Positions 1-10,163 of a stretch of DNA of 64,000 nt are shown piece by piece (the first letter of the stretch is position 1; each line of letters begins with the position of its first letter). The translations under genes and the position numbers were made by a program. Under the pieces are notes generated by a model, which ran no database searches, had not been told where the DNA came from, and worked only from the letters and a program-made list of their open reading frames with translations. Source of the stretch: Syntrophobacterales bacterium (GTDB lineage: Bacteria > Desulfobacterota > BSN033 > WVXP01 > G020346125); NCBI GenBank assembly GCA_020346125.1, contig CP070774.1, positions 1,810,489-1,874,488 on the forward strand. Direction: 5' to 3'.

Positions 1-939
1 AGACTCTTCTTTAACCTCAGCCTTAATTTCTTCCTTTTTCTCAGCCTCAACCTCTTCCTTAGCCTTCTCCTTATCTGCCTCTACCTCAGCCTTAACCTCA
101 TCCTTAACTTCTTCCTCAACCTCAGCCTTAACCTTAACCTCTTCCTCCTTGGCTTCTCCCTCAACTAGTTCCCCTGCCTCTACTTTAGCCTTGGCCTCAA
201 CCTCAGCCTTAGTTTCTTCCCTTTGCTCAGCCTCAACCTCGGCCTTAGTCTTCTCCTTAATAACTTCTTCCCTCTTCTCTTCACGTGAATCAGGCCGAGG
301 AGGGATTACCCCCTTTTTAGCTTGCCTTATGGTAACGATTCCATTTCGCCAACCCGGGACGACCCCCTTCAAAAAGATAAGATTCTGCTGAGGCCTAACC
401 TCCACTACCTCGATGTTTTGGATGGTCACCCTTCGATTCCCGTAATGTCCCGGCATTTTTTTCCCCTTAAAGGTCCTACTGGGATCAGCGGCTGCACCGA
501 TGGATCCCCCGTGTCGGAAATATTCATGGGTACCATGGGAAGCCGGGGCACCCCGAAAGCCATGCCGTTTCATCACACCGCTGAATCCCCTTCCTTTACT
601 CGTTCCCGTGACATCGACCAAATCGCCGGGCTGGAAGATATCAACGGCGATCTCCTGGCCCAGCTCATATGTATCAATTTCATCCACCCTCACTTCCTTG
701 AGGATATAAAAGGCCCCCCTGCCGCTTTTCTTTAAATGTCCCATAAGGGGCCGATTCACCCGAGTGGGTTTTTTAGGTAAAAAACCCACCTGAAGGGCAT
801 CATACCCGTCCCTCTGCTTGGTCTTCTTTTGGATGATAGGGCAGGGGCCCGCTTCAATAACGGTAACCGGCACGATATCACCCCCTTGTGAGAACAAGCG
901 AGTCATTCCAAGCTTTTTCCCTATGATTTCCCTTATCAT
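1..939 (-). CDS. rplC: 50S ribosomal protein L3; the 3' end runs off the window and carries a long Glu/Lys/Ala/Val-rich C-terminal extension
   Basis: Absent from the ORF track because no stop is reached. My own minus-strand translation from ATG at 939 reads MIREIIGKKLGMTRLFSQGGDIVPVTVIEAGPCPIIQKKTKQRDGYDALQVGF...GRGFSGVMKRHGFRGAPASHGTHEYFRHGGSIGAAADPSRTFKGKKMPGHYGNRRVTIQNIEVVEV, which is canonical L3. It lies directly downstream of rpsJ, as in S10 operons. Confidence 0.9.
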   Translation of the reverse strand, partial: MIREIIGKKLGMTRLFSQGGDIVPVTVIEAGPCPIIQKKTKQRDGYDALQVGFLPKKPTRVNRPLMGHLKKSGRGAFYILKEVRVDEIDTYELGQEIAVDIFQPGDLVDVTGTSKGRGFSGVMKRHGFRGAPASHGTHEYFRHGGSIGAAADPSRTFKGKKMPGHYGNRRVTIQNIEVVEVRPQQNLIFLKGVVPGWRNGIVTIRQAKKGVIPPRPDSREEKREEVIKEKTKAEVEAEQREETKAEVEAKAKVEAGELVEGEAKEEEVKVKAEVEEEVKDEVKAEVEADKEKAKEEVEAEKKEEIKAEVKEES

Positions 940-990
940 TTTCCCTGCTTACCAGTGGTCGGATATACCCTCGTCGTCCTCCGTTGTGAG

Positions 991-1299
991 CTACAGTTTT
1001 ATTTCCACATCGATGCCGGCGGCCAAATCCAATTTCATCAGAGCATCCACCGTTTGCTGTGTCGGATCCAAGATATCGAGGAGCCTTTTGTGGGTTCGAA
1101 TTTCAAACTGCTCCCTTGATTTCTTATCGACGTGGGGGGATCGAAGTACGCAAAACTTGTTTATCATTGTAGGCAATGGAATCGGTCCGGCAACAGTAGC
1201 ACCGGTCCGTTTAACCGTATCCACGATTTCCTGAACCGATTTGTCCAAGAGTTTATAATCGTATGATTTCAAACATACCCTTATCTTCTGCGTAGCCAT
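991..1299 (-). CDS. rpsJ: 30S ribosomal protein S10
   Basis: 102-aa [37 protein letters not shown]...[11 protein letters not shown], typical S10. It lies between tuf and rplC. Confidence 0.97.
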   Translation of the reverse strand: MATQKIRVCLKSYDYKLLDKSVQEIVDTVKRTGATVAGPIPLPTMINKFCVLRSPHVDKKSREQFEIRTHKRLLDILDPTQQTVDALMKLDLAAGIDVEIKL

Positions 1300-1331
1300 A
1301 GAGCGCTCCCATTTCGCGGGTCAACTCAACT

Positions 1332-2534
1332 CTATTTCATGATATCGCTGATGACCCCTGCGCCCACGGTCCTGCCCCCCTCTCGAATGGCAAACCGTAA
1401 CTCCTTCTCCATGGCAATGGGAGTAATCAACTCCACCGATAGAGAAACATTGTCCCCAGGCATCACCATCTCCACCCCCTCAGGCAACGTCACCACCCCA
1501 GTCACATCCGTCGTCCGAAAATAAAACTGCGGCCGATACCCATTAAAAAACGGCGTATGACGACCACCCTCCTCCTTCGTCAAAATGTACGTCTCCGCCT
1601 TAAACCGAGTGTGAGGCGTTATACTCCCAGGCTTCGCCAATACCTGCCCCCGCTCCACATCATCCCGCTTCGTCCCCCGTAACAATACCCCAACATTGTC
1701 CCCAGCCTGACCCCGATCCAACGTCTTGCGAAACATCTCCACCCCCGTACATACCGTCTTCGCCGTCGGCCGTATCCCAACCACCTCAACCTCATCCGCC
1801 ACCTTCACCAACCCTCGCTCAACACGCCCCGTTACCACCGTCCCCCGACCACTAATCGAAAATACATCCTCAATGGGCATCAAAAAATCCTTGTCCACGT
1901 CCCTCACAGGCTCCGGTATGTACCGATCCACCGCCTCCAATAACTCCCAGATGGACCGATACTCCTCCGCCCCCTCCCAATCCTTCGATGAACTCTCCAA
2001 CGCCCTCAACGCACTACCACGAATAATCGGTATCTCATCCCCAGGAAAATCATAACCCGACAATAACTCCCGTACCTCCAACTCAACCAAATCCAATAAC
2101 TCCACATCATCCACCATGTCCACCTTGTTCAAAAATACCACCACCGATGGCACCCGTACCTGCTTGGCCAATAATACATGCTCCCGCGTCTGCGGCATCG
2201 GCCCATCCGCCGCAGATACCACCAATATCGTCCCGTCCATCTGCGCCGCACCCGTAATCATGTTCTTAATGTAATCCGCATGCCCAGGACAATCTATGTG
2301 AGCATAATGACGATTGGCCGTCTCATACTCCACATGCGCTATGGCAATCGTCAACCCCCGCTCCTTCTCCTCCGGCGCCTTGTCTATGTCATCAAACGCC
2401 ATATAACTAGCCAACTTCTTGCCCGCCAATACCTTCGTCATCGCCGAGGTCAACGTCGTCTTGCCATGATCCACATGCCCAATCGTCCCTACATTAACAT
2501 GAGGCTTCGTCCTCTCAAACTTCGGCTTCGACAT
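1332..2534 (-). CDS. tuf: Elongation factor Tu
   Basis: 400-aa ORF with the [17 protein letters not shown] and NKVD GTPase motifs. The EF-Tu sequence is canonical end to end. Confidence 0.98.
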   Translation of the reverse strand: MSKPKFERTKPHVNVGTIGHVDHGKTTLTSAMTKVLAGKKLASYMAFDDIDKAPEEKERGLTIAIAHVEYETANRHYAHIDCPGHADYIKNMITGAAQMDGTILVVSAADGPMPQTREHVLLAKQVRVPSVVVFLNKVDMVDDVELLDLVELEVRELLSGYDFPGDEIPIIRGSALRALESSSKDWEGAEEYRSIWELLEAVDRYIPEPVRDVDKDFLMPIEDVFSISGRGTVVTGRVERGLVKVADEVEVVGIRPTAKTVCTGVEMFRKTLDRGQAGDNVGVLLRGTKRDDVERGQVLAKPGSITPHTRFKAETYILTKEEGGRHTPFFNGYRPQFYFRTTDVTGVVTLPEGVEMVMPGDNVSLSVELITPIAMEKELRFAIREGGRTVGAGVISDIMK

Positions 2535-2574
2535 CGCTCCCCCCCCTTTTTTCGTCTTATCTATTTTTAATTAC

Positions 2575-4662
2575 TCAATTATAAACTGCCTTTTGGCCTT
2601 TGGAGATTATCCCCTCAGCCAAGGAAATTGGTACCCTGTCATAATGGGAAAACTGCATGCTAAAAGTTGCCCTTCCCTGAGTTGAAGACCTCAGGTCCGT
2701 CGCGTAACCGAAGGTCTCTGCCAGTGGAGCCTCGGCCAGAATGAGATGGCTTCCGGGTCTTGCTTCGATCTTAATTATCTTCCCCCTTCTCGCATTCATG
2801 TCACCAACGACTTTTCCCAGAAAGGCTTCTGGGACGATGACTTGGATTGACATCACTGGCTCCAGAAGGGTCGGCCTTGCTCTCCTCGCCGCCTCCTTGA
2901 ACCCGATTGATCCAGCTATCCTGAATGCCTGCTCCGATGAGTCCACCTGATGATAGGAACCATCGATCAACATTACCTTAACATCGACCATCGGATACCC
3001 CGCGAGCACTCCCCTTTCCATGGCTTCAAGGACGCCTTTCTCAACTGCAGGGATGTATTCCTTTGGAATTGCACCCCCCGTAATCTGATTCGAGAATTTG
3101 AATCCCCTTCCCTGTTTTTGGGGCTCCAGCCTTAAAAAAACACGGCCATACTGGCCACGGCCACCGGTTTGTCGGACGAACTTCCCCTCCGATTCAGCCA
3201 CCTTGATGATAGTTTCCTTGTAAGCTACCCGGGGTATCCCAACCCTTGCCTCAACCTGAAATTCCCTCAATAACCTGTCTACAATGATTTCCAGGTGTAG
3301 TTCCCCCATACCGGAAATGATGGTTTGGCCCGTCTCCTCATCGTGCTTTACCCGAAATGAAGGATCCTCCAAAGCCAATCTATTTAAAGAGGTGGCCAGT
3401 CTCTCCTGGTCTCTTTTGGTTTTTGGCTCGATGGAAATGGATATAACGGTATCGGGGTGATAGATTGACTCCAGAATAATGGAACTCCCCTCATCACAAA
3501 TGGTATCTCCCGTCATTACTCGCCTTAAGCCTACGGCGGCGAAGATATCCCCCGCATAAACCTCCTTTACCTCCTCCCTTTCATTGGCATGCATCTTGAG
3601 GAGGCGGCCAACTCTTTCATAATGCCCTTGAGTCGCGTTGTAAATAGTAGAACCCGCCTTCAATACCCCTGAGTAAACCCTGAAAAAGGAGAGTTGCCCG
3701 ACAAAAGGATCGTTCATGATCTTAAAGGCAAGAGCCGAGAGGGAAAGGCTGTCGTCAGGCTTCCTCCATTGCTCCTTTCCATCTGGACCGATTCCCTTTA
3801 CGGGAGGGACGTCAAGGGGAGATGGGAGGTAATCCACCACCGCGTCGAGCAGTGGCTGTACCCCTTTATTCTTAAATGCCGATCCACATAACACGGGGAC
3901 AATCTTCCTTTCTATGGTGGCCCTTCTTATAGCGCTCTTAATCTCCCATTGGCTGATTTCTTTCCCCCCAACATATTTTGCCATGAGGGATTCATCCAGG
4001 TCGGCGAGCTTCTCCAACATTTCCTCCCGGCCATCGGCGACTGAATCTAATAAGGGATCCGGGACATCCACCTCCTTGAATTGTGAGCCAAAGGTGGACT
4101 CATCATAGAGGATTGCCTTTTGGGTGATCAGGTCGATAACCCCCTCAAACTCTTCTTCGTGACCCACGGGAATTTGGAGCACCAGGGGTGAAGCGCCGAG
4201 TTTCTCCCTGATCGCCCGGACGCACTTGGTGAAATCGGCTCCGACCCGATCCATCTTATTCATAAATGCGATACGGGGAATAGAGAATTTATCGGCCTGT
4301 CTCCAGACTGTCTCCGATTGAGGTTCTACTCCCTCAACGGAGTCGAAGATGGCAATAGCCCCATCCAATATCCGGAGGGATCTCTCCACCTCCATGGTAA
4401 AGTCTACATGACCAGGTGTATCGATAATGTTGATGCGGTGATCCTTCCAAAAACAGGTGGTCGCAGCGGAGGCTATGGTAATTCCCTTCTCCTGCTCCAA
4501 CTCCATCCAATCCATGGTAGCAGAGCCCTCGTGAACTTCACCCATTCTATGAATGACCCCGGTGTAGTAGAGTATCCTCTCGGTGGTAGTGGTCTTTCCG
4601 GCATCGATGTGTGCCATGATCCCGATGTTTCTGATTCGATGTAAAGCAATGATGCGTGCCAA
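2575..4662 (-). CDS. fusA: Elongation factor G
   Basis: The ORF carries [34 protein letters not shown] and NKMD. I moved the start to TTG at 4662, which gives [14 protein letters not shown], the usual EF-G N-terminus. The 26 extra codons of the track ORF (up to 4740) have no EF-G counterpart. Confidence 0.93.
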   Translation of the reverse strand: MARIIALHRIRNIGIMAHIDAGKTTTTERILYYTGVIHRMGEVHEGSATMDWMELEQEKGITIASAATTCFWKDHRINIIDTPGHVDFTMEVERSLRILDGAIAIFDSVEGVEPQSETVWRQADKFSIPRIAFMNKMDRVGADFTKCVRAIREKLGASPLVLQIPVGHEEEFEGVIDLITQKAILYDESTFGSQFKEVDVPDPLLDSVADGREEMLEKLADLDESLMAKYVGGKEISQWEIKSAIRRATIERKIVPVLCGSAFKNKGVQPLLDAVVDYLPSPLDVPPVKGIGPDGKEQWRKPDDSLSLSALAFKIMNDPFVGQLSFFRVYSGVLKAGSTIYNATQGHYERVGRLLKMHANEREEVKEVYAGDIFAAVGLRRVMTGDTICDEGSSIILESIYHPDTVISISIEPKTKRDQERLATSLNRLALEDPSFRVKHDEETGQTIISGMGELHLEIIVDRLLREFQVEARVGIPRVAYKETIIKVAESEGKFVRQTGGRGQYGRVFLRLEPQKQGRGFKFSNQITGGAIPKEYIPAVEKGVLEAMERGVLAGYPMVDVKVMLIDGSYHQVDSSEQAFRIAGSIGFKEAARRARPTLLEPVMSIQVIVPEAFLGKVVGDMNARRGKIIKIEARPGSHLILAEAPLAETFGYATDLRSSTQGRATFSMQFSHYDRVPISLAEGIISKGQKAVYN

Positions 4663-4746
4663 ATTCCACTTCCCCAATAAGATATAGGCTAAAAGCCAAC
4701 GCGTTTGAGTGATAGGAGGGGTTTTCAGCATACCGCCCAATCTTTA

Positions 4747-5217
4747 TTACCATCGGTAATGAGCAAAGGCCTTATTAGCTTCCGCCATTTTATGGGTATC
4801 TTCCCTCTTCTTTATTGCTGCACCACGTCGGTTAGCAGCATCAATTAACTCAGCAGACAAGGCCTCTTCCATTTTTATTTCAGGTCGCTGCCGCGCATAT
4901 GTGATGATCCATCTAATGGCCAACGCCGTCTTCCTTCTCGCTCTTACTTCAACGGGAACTTGGTACGTTGCTCCTCCAACCCGCCGCGGTTTAACCTCGA
5001 TCATGGGTTTAACATTATCGATAGCTTGTTTAAATATTGTTATGGGATCACCTTTGGTCTTTTCACTAATGATATCGAACGAACGGTAGAGGATCTTCTC
5101 AGCCACGCTCTTTTTCCCCTTCCGCATTATGGCATTGATGAATTTGGCAACCAATAGATCATGGTATTTGGGATCGGGCAAAATTGTTCTTTTGGGAACT
5201 TCTCTTCGCCGTGGCAT
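4747..5217 (-). CDS. rpsG: 30S ribosomal protein S7
   Basis: 156-aa [31 protein letters not shown]...[15 protein letters not shown], canonical S7. Confidence 0.97.
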   Translation of the reverse strand: MPRRREVPKRTILPDPKYHDLLVAKFINAIMRKGKKSVAEKILYRSFDIISEKTKGDPITIFKQAIDNVKPMIEVKPRRVGGATYQVPVEVRARRKTALAIRWIITYARQRPEIKMEEALSAELIDAANRRGAAIKKREDTHKMAEANKAFAHYRW

Positions 5218-5230
5218 TTAAGCTCATCCC

Positions 5231-5602
5231 CTACTTTGGTTTTTTCGTGCCGTATCTCGAACGACTTTGTTTCCGGTCATCAACTCCAACGGAATCCAAG
5301 GTTCCCCTGATGATGTGATATCGGACTCCGGGAAGATCCTTTACCCTCCCACCCCTTATCAATACGACGGAATGCTCCTGAAGATTATGTCCCATTCCCG
5401 GGATATAGGTAGTCACCTCCAGGCCGTTTGTTAACCTCACACGAGCTACTTTTCTCAGGGCGGAGTTAGGTTTCTTTGGGGTTGAGGTATAAACCCGAAT
5501 GCAAACCCCCCTTTTTTGAGGAGATCCCTTCAAGGCTGGAGCGGTTGTCTTTTTCTTGAGAGCAGTTCGTCCCCTCCTAACTAATTGGCTAATTGTGGGC
5601 AT
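5231..5602 (-). CDS. rpsL: 30S ribosomal protein S12
   Basis: [12 protein letters not shown]...[19 protein letters not shown]...[14 protein letters not shown] is canonical S12. The start is set at the internal ATG at 5602, because the 21 upstream codons of the track ORF are not S12-like. Confidence 0.95.
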   Translation of the reverse strand: MPTISQLVRRGRTALKKKTTAPALKGSPQKRGVCIRVYTSTPKKPNSALRKVARVRLTNGLEVTTYIPGMGHNLQEHSVVLIRGGRVKDLPGVRYHIIRGTLDSVGVDDRKQSRSRYGTKKPK

Positions 5603-5687
5603 GTAACCCTCCCATTCACCATTTGTTAAATCTATTATGTTACTATTTTTTTCCCCCTTCTTCAAGATTCATGGCCAAAACTTTTGA

Positions 5688-5716
5688 AAATTACCAGTTT
5701 TATACTTATGTGTCAA
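5688..5716 (-). promoter_or_regulatory. Candidate sigma70-type promoter of the rpsL operon
   Basis: On the minus strand there is TTGACA (5716-5711), a 17-nt spacer, then TAATTT (5693-5688), about 85 nt upstream of the rpsL ATG. This is a consensus match only. Confidence 0.4.
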
Positions 5717-6187
5717 GATCTTTTCACCATGGGTTTTTATACACCTCTTTTATTGTGTGCCACCATGTCATCATCAAGATATTCCAATTATCATTTTAAA
5801 AGGAAGCAGGTAATGATGAAATCTAGATGTGGTCTTCAGGTGAGAAAAGGATTCCAAGGGAAAATCGAGAGTCCCCAAAGGAGCATATTTCGGGGCCCAA
5901 ACCCACCGATTGGATGGACTCACATTCAGGATGCTCTCCGCATAAGGTTGGGCAGGAATTTGGTGGGTATGCCCATCAAGTCGAATCAAGGATCCAAAGG
6001 ATTGAGGATTTCTTGGATTCCCTTTAAAATTGACCCTGGGAGGGACAGCCATGGGAACTGGACTCAATGTTCATCCCGATTTCTCAAGGCGGGCTGTCGG
6101 CCAAAGGAAAAGCTCGATTCCCTCCTCTACCCGAGGAGAATGATCAAAGGGGATATCCTTGCATAAGGGAACTAAGGAAGTCTCTAT

Positions 6188-6646
6188 TTATCGAACTTCC
6201 ACGATCATCTCGACCTCCACCGGCGATCCCAGAGGAAGTTCGCTCGTCCCTATAGCCAGCCTTGAATGTCTCCCCTCCTCACCGAAGATCTTAACCAACA
6301 GGTCCGATGAGCCGTTTAGCACCTTTGGTTGCTCCCCAAACCCGGGAGCGCTATTGATGAACCCCGTCACCCGGACAACCCTTCGAACTCGATCTAACTC
6401 TCCCATCACGGATTTAATAGCTGCCAAGCAGTTCAATACTGCAACCTTTGCACACTCATACCCTTCCTCCACGGTAAGGTCGCTCCCCATTTTACCCCTT
6501 GCCTTCAACTCCCCTTTAATAAAGGGAAGCTGGCCTGAAGTGAATACATAATTCCCCGAATGGACCGCGGGGACATAAGAAGCCACCGGTTTAGGAGCCT
6601 CGGGCAGCTCCAATCCTAAACCCTTTATCCTTTTTTCAATCTCCAC
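6188..6646 (-). CDS. RidA/YjgF/UK114 family protein (reactive intermediate deaminase-like)
   Basis: VASYVPAVHSGNYVFTSGQLP...VTGFINSAPGF...RLAIGTSELPLGSPVEVEMIVEV is a typical YjgF fold sequence. The start is set at GTG 6646, preceded by the SD AAGGGGGTGA. The longest ORF reaches 6745. Confidence 0.8.
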   Translation of the reverse strand: MEIEKRIKGLGLELPEAPKPVASYVPAVHSGNYVFTSGQLPFIKGELKARGKMGSDLTVEEGYECAKVAVLNCLAAIKSVMGELDRVRRVVRVTGFINSAPGFGEQPKVLNGSSDLLVKIFGEEGRHSRLAIGTSELPLGSPVEVEMIVEVR

Positions 6647-7037
6647 TGTACTCACCCCCTTTATCGTCTCAATCCGGCTATCGTTGGCATGGCATGTACT
6701 TGGCAACGATTTCTTTCTGATCAACTGGTTCTGCCATACTCGCACTTTTCAGCATTACATTCGTTCCGAATAAAGAAAGCTTTCTTAACCGTTCTGACAT
6801 TATTTATGGAGGTACCGAAGTTTCCTAAGGCAAATTGAGTGAAGCGAAGCCTTTCGTTCGCTATGAGATGAAGATGCTCGCCACCGCTCTTCGCTTATTC
6901 TGTCCCCCAAACTGGCTTTACATCTTCGCAAAGTTACAAGGGGATGATACACTGATTTGGTCCAGTCTGCGAGCCATCTTCCGTTAACGGGCAGGTATCA
7001 ATACGAGATAGTAACGGTGCGACATGAGCTACTGATC

Positions 7038-7466
7038 TTAGGTAATCTCAAGAAGTTGGATATCGAAGATTAGATCACTTCTCGCCAGAGGATGATTTGC
7101 ATCTAATGTCACCTTCGATTCAGAAACACCAGTTACCAGCGCCTGAGTTGCTCGGCCATTCGTATGGCGAAACTGTAAACGCTTACCGACTTCCAGTTTC
7201 ACGTCTGCGGGAATCTGTTGTCGATCAACCTCTACTACCAGTTCATCTCGGTATGGACCGAATGCTTGATCCGCTGGAATTTTTTTCGTTTTTGATTCGC
7301 CAGGACTCATCCCGACAACCACTTGTTCGACGCCAGGGATTATCTTTCCCTCACCTACTGTGAACTCTAAAGGCTCACGGTTTTCTGAGGAATCAAATAC
7401 CGTGCCATCCTCCAATTTGCCCGTGTAGTGAACCTTCACGGTATCACCATTTTTTGCCTTTACCAT
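7038..7466 (-). CDS. FKBP-type peptidyl-prolyl cis-trans isomerase (SlyD-like)
   Basis: MVKAKNGDTVKVHYTGKLEDGTVFDSS...LEFTVGEGKIIPGVEQVVVGM...DANHPLA, an FKBP core with an insert-in-flap region. The SD AAAGGAG lies upstream. Confidence 0.85.
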   Translation of the reverse strand: MVKAKNGDTVKVHYTGKLEDGTVFDSSENREPLEFTVGEGKIIPGVEQVVVGMSPGESKTKKIPADQAFGPYRDELVVEVDRQQIPADVKLEVGKRLQFRHTNGRATQALVTGVSESKVTLDANHPLARSDLIFDIQLLEIT

Positions 7467-7902
7467 TTCTCTGCTCCTTTCGTTTTTTAGCAGTTAAGGG
7501 CAAAGAGATGTATTTCCCGGAAGGAGAAAGATGGAATTATTGCTATTTCCTTCCTGGGTTCCTTGCAAGGTACAAGTGATGCTTCCCTATTTGGAGAGGT
7601 GACCGGCAATAGATCTTCTCCGTTTGAGGAATAGTACGAGCCTGGTCGATTTCCGGCCAGCCGTCAAGAAAAAGATATGACTCCGAAAGTCAGGCCTAAC
7701 ACTCTAAAATCCTTATCAAAGCTTTCTCTTATGGGCCCAAGCCTGAGGTCGCTACTCTGGTAAAGAAACGATCCTTCAGAGCGAAACCGACCCGCCAATA
7801 GAACCGGACCATAATCCTCAGAGCACCATAAGATAGAGCATTGTCAAACATCAAGCGAAAGGAGGACCGCCGAAATTACGTGCATCCTCGATGAGTTTTC
7901 AG

Positions 7903-8901
7903 TTATGACGGACCTTCCGTCAGAAATCTCTCCACTTTTGCTTTTTCTTTCAGTTTCTCAATGTATAGAATTATTTCTCTCTGAACTTTTTCCTCCTTGA
8001 GATGGCGATCAAGCCTGTCTTTGATGTCCTCGTAAGCGATGGTCGTTTTGGGTTTTCTGCCGATGACCTTAATTAGGTGGTATCCGAACTCAGTCTCGAC
8101 AATGTCACTGACTTCGCCCGGTCTTAAAGTAAAGGCCGCCTCTTCAAAAGGTTTCACCATTTGTCCCCGCCCAAAGTAGCCTAAGTCCCCACCCTTGGTA
8201 CTACTGGGACCTTCGGAAAACTCCTTGGCAAGGACGGCGAATTCTTCTCCTTTTTGCACCTTCTCCCGGATCTTTTCCAATTTTTTACGGGCCTCGACCT
8301 TCCGCGATTCGTCCGCTCCGGAATCAACCTTGATCAGAATGTGGCATGCACGCACCTGCTCAGGTTGTTTGAAAAAATCCGGGTGGCTATCATAGTAGGC
8401 TCTGCTTTCCTTGTCGGAAACCGTAATTTTCTGAACAAACTGTTTATCAATGAATTGTTGAATAGCCATCCCCCGGTTAAACTGCGACTTTACGTCTCCC
8501 TCAGAGAGATTCGCCTTATTCAACGCACTTTTGAATTCAGCTTCGCTCGAAAATCGTTCCCTCAGCTTCCCTACCTGTTCATTGATTGCCGCCTCATCAA
8601 TGGTGATTCCCTGCTTTTGGCTTTCCTGATAGAGGAACTCACGATTGATAAGGTTTTCAAGGACTTGGTTTTTGATTGCTGAAAGCTGGGAATCGCTGAA
8701 GGGCTCTCCCATTTTGGAAAGCTGTTGCTGGACACGGCTCATCTCCCTGTCAAAATCCCCCCGGGTGATCACTGAGCCGTTCACTACCGCCACCCTATCC
8801 TCTGGAGGTTGTTTTTCTCCTGCCAATGCGTGTGAACCAACCAATGCCAGAGCCAAAACCGCTTCGAGTATCCAAAACCATCTGCACTGTTTCGCCTCCA
8901 T
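7903..8901 (-). CDS. Parvulin-type peptidyl-prolyl isomerase with a SurA-like N-terminal domain, secreted
   Basis: PpiC motif region HILIKV...GGDLGYFGRGQMVKPFEEAAF...FGYHLIKV. The start is set at ATG 8901, which gives the signal-like peptide MEAKQCRWFWILEAVLALALVGSHALA. Confidence 0.8.
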   Translation of the reverse strand: MEAKQCRWFWILEAVLALALVGSHALAGEKQPPEDRVAVVNGSVITRGDFDREMSRVQQQLSKMGEPFSDSQLSAIKNQVLENLINREFLYQESQKQGITIDEAAINEQVGKLRERFSSEAEFKSALNKANLSEGDVKSQFNRGMAIQQFIDKQFVQKITVSDKESRAYYDSHPDFFKQPEQVRACHILIKVDSGADESRKVEARKKLEKIREKVQKGEEFAVLAKEFSEGPSSTKGGDLGYFGRGQMVKPFEEAAFTLRPGEVSDIVETEFGYHLIKVIGRKPKTTIAYEDIKDRLDRHLKEEKVQREIILYIEKLKEKAKVERFLTEGPS

Positions 8902-9045
8902 ACATATTTCCCCTTTTCGATACGCTAAGAGGTGAGAAAATTCGCTCGTAAAAGGGGCAGTCAGTATGAGCACAAACCTCCTGTCATGCAAGCAACCCCA
9001 ACGAACCCCTCGACTACCCGGAAAACAAGGCTTATACGGTCTTAG

Positions 9046-9351
9046 TTAAAATCTTTCCCTCTTCCTGAAGCCTGATCTGCCGAAAGCGCGTTTTGGGGCC
9101 TCCCTCTTAGGCCTAGCTTCCTGGACAGTAATCTTCCTTCCGGAAAGTTCTCCACCATTTAATTTCTTTATGGCCTCCTGGGCCTCTTCTTCAGTGGCCA
9201 TTTCCACAAAACCAAATCCTCTTGAGCTGCCGGAATATTTATCCCTAACAATGTTGGCTGCAATACATTCGCCTATTTCTCCAAAGTTTTTCTTGAGATC
9301 CTCTTCCGTCACTTCATAAGACAAATTGCCAACGTATAATTTCTTAGACAT
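9046..9351 (-). CDS. RRM-type (RNP-1/RNP-2) RNA-binding protein
   Basis: RNP-2 is LYVGNL and RNP-1 is RGFGFVEM. The protein is 101 aa with a basic C-terminal tail. Confidence 0.9.
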   Translation of the reverse strand: MSKKLYVGNLSYEVTEEDLKKNFGEIGECIAANIVRDKYSGSSRGFGFVEMATEEEAQEAIKKLNGGELSGRKITVQEARPKREAPKRAFGRSGFRKRERF

Positions 9352-9385
9352 CTTTTTCCCCCTGTTCGTAAGTCCTTATGCCCAT

Positions 9386-9577
9386 TTATAATAACCGTCG
9401 TCTAGCTTTGCGTCCCCTTCGGTTGGCCTCAAGTCTTTTCCGCTTCTTTTTGACACTAGGTTTCTCATAAAATCGTCGATTTTTCAGTTCCTTTTTCACA
9501 CCTTCCAATTGCATCTTCTTGTTGAGTAACTTAATAGCCCTTTCAATATTTCCCTTTACCTCTACGCTGATGGACAT
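9386..9577 (-). CDS. rpsU: 30S ribosomal protein S21
   Basis: 63 aa, MSISVEVKGNIERAIKLLNKKMQLEGVKKELKNRRFYEKPSVKKKRK, typical S21. Confidence 0.93.
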   Translation of the reverse strand: MSISVEVKGNIERAIKLLNKKMQLEGVKKELKNRRFYEKPSVKKKRKRLEANRRGRKARRRLL

Positions 9578-9726
9578 TAAACCTCCTTTCCTATCGCGAT
9601 ACTTTGAATGTCTCTAACCAGCATATGGAATTATTAAATCTCGCTGGGAAAAGCCGATTGAAACGATTGTTGCATCATTCCCCTTAGCTTTCCCTTCCAA
9701 CCGTTGCCATAATCTCGTCATTAGAT

Positions 9727-9766
9727 AAAAAAACCCCTCAGGATCCTAGAAAGTCCCGAGGGGTTT
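9727..9766 (-). terminator. Rho-independent terminator on the minus strand, not attached to any ORF
   Basis: The minus-strand RNA would read AAACCCCUCGGGA-loop-UCCUGAGGGGUUU followed by a U7 run. That is 13 pairs with one mismatch and a 10-nt loop. The T-run is present only in the minus orientation. Confidence 0.6.
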
Positions 9767-10163
9767 CGAAATATTAAAGCACTAGGGCCTTCTAAGAAGC
9801 TCTTATTATTTTATGTTGGAATAAATAAACATGAAAGTCAAGTATTAAATCTTCGTTTCGTGACAATCATTTGTAGAGGGGCAAAGAGGTGGGAATCTTC
9901 CACTTTTCTCCGAGAAATGGAAGCTTTCTCCTGGAACAGATTTCAGGAAACGCAGGAGATTAGTTTTCAAGACCTAAAAATGTGCATACAATAAGGAAGA
10001 GAATTTTAGAAAAATAGAGATTAAATGGAGATCATAGATTGGATAACTATTTTAGGGTAATTATGAGAAATAGTATGATATCTGCAAACCGGAAATAGAC
10101 GTTAAATTTTCGATTTCAATTACTATGAAAATCTTTTATAATCCCGTCGAAGGAAGCTAAACG

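Noticed and set aside
149-1234. Plus-strand track ORFs (149..391, 322..735, 500..709, 818..1234) at the left edge
   Set aside because: They lie antisense to the clearly recognisable rplC/rpsJ reading frames. Their Ser/Thr/Leu/Pro-rich low-complexity translations are typical shadow ORFs.
1339-2570. Plus-strand ORFs inside tuf (for example 1726..2055 and 2178..2570)
   Set aside because: They are antisense shadows of a highly expressed, codon-biased gene and carry no motif and no SD.
4663-4740. A 26-codon N-terminal extension of fusA in the longest ORF. Similar extensions occur on rpsL (5603-5665), hemY (13647-13682), leuS (54367-54492), argG (55707-55757), lptE, rpsT, rpsF, rplI and purM
   Set aside because: The extensions have no counterpart in the respective protein families. 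Internal starts with good SD spacing reproduce the canonical N-termini.
5684-6166. 160-aa plus ORF and 97-aa minus ORF (5774..6067) in the ridA-rpsL spacer
   Set aside because: They overlap each other, lack an SD and show no recognisable domain. I treat them as non-coding; the region is reported as an unexplained spacer instead.
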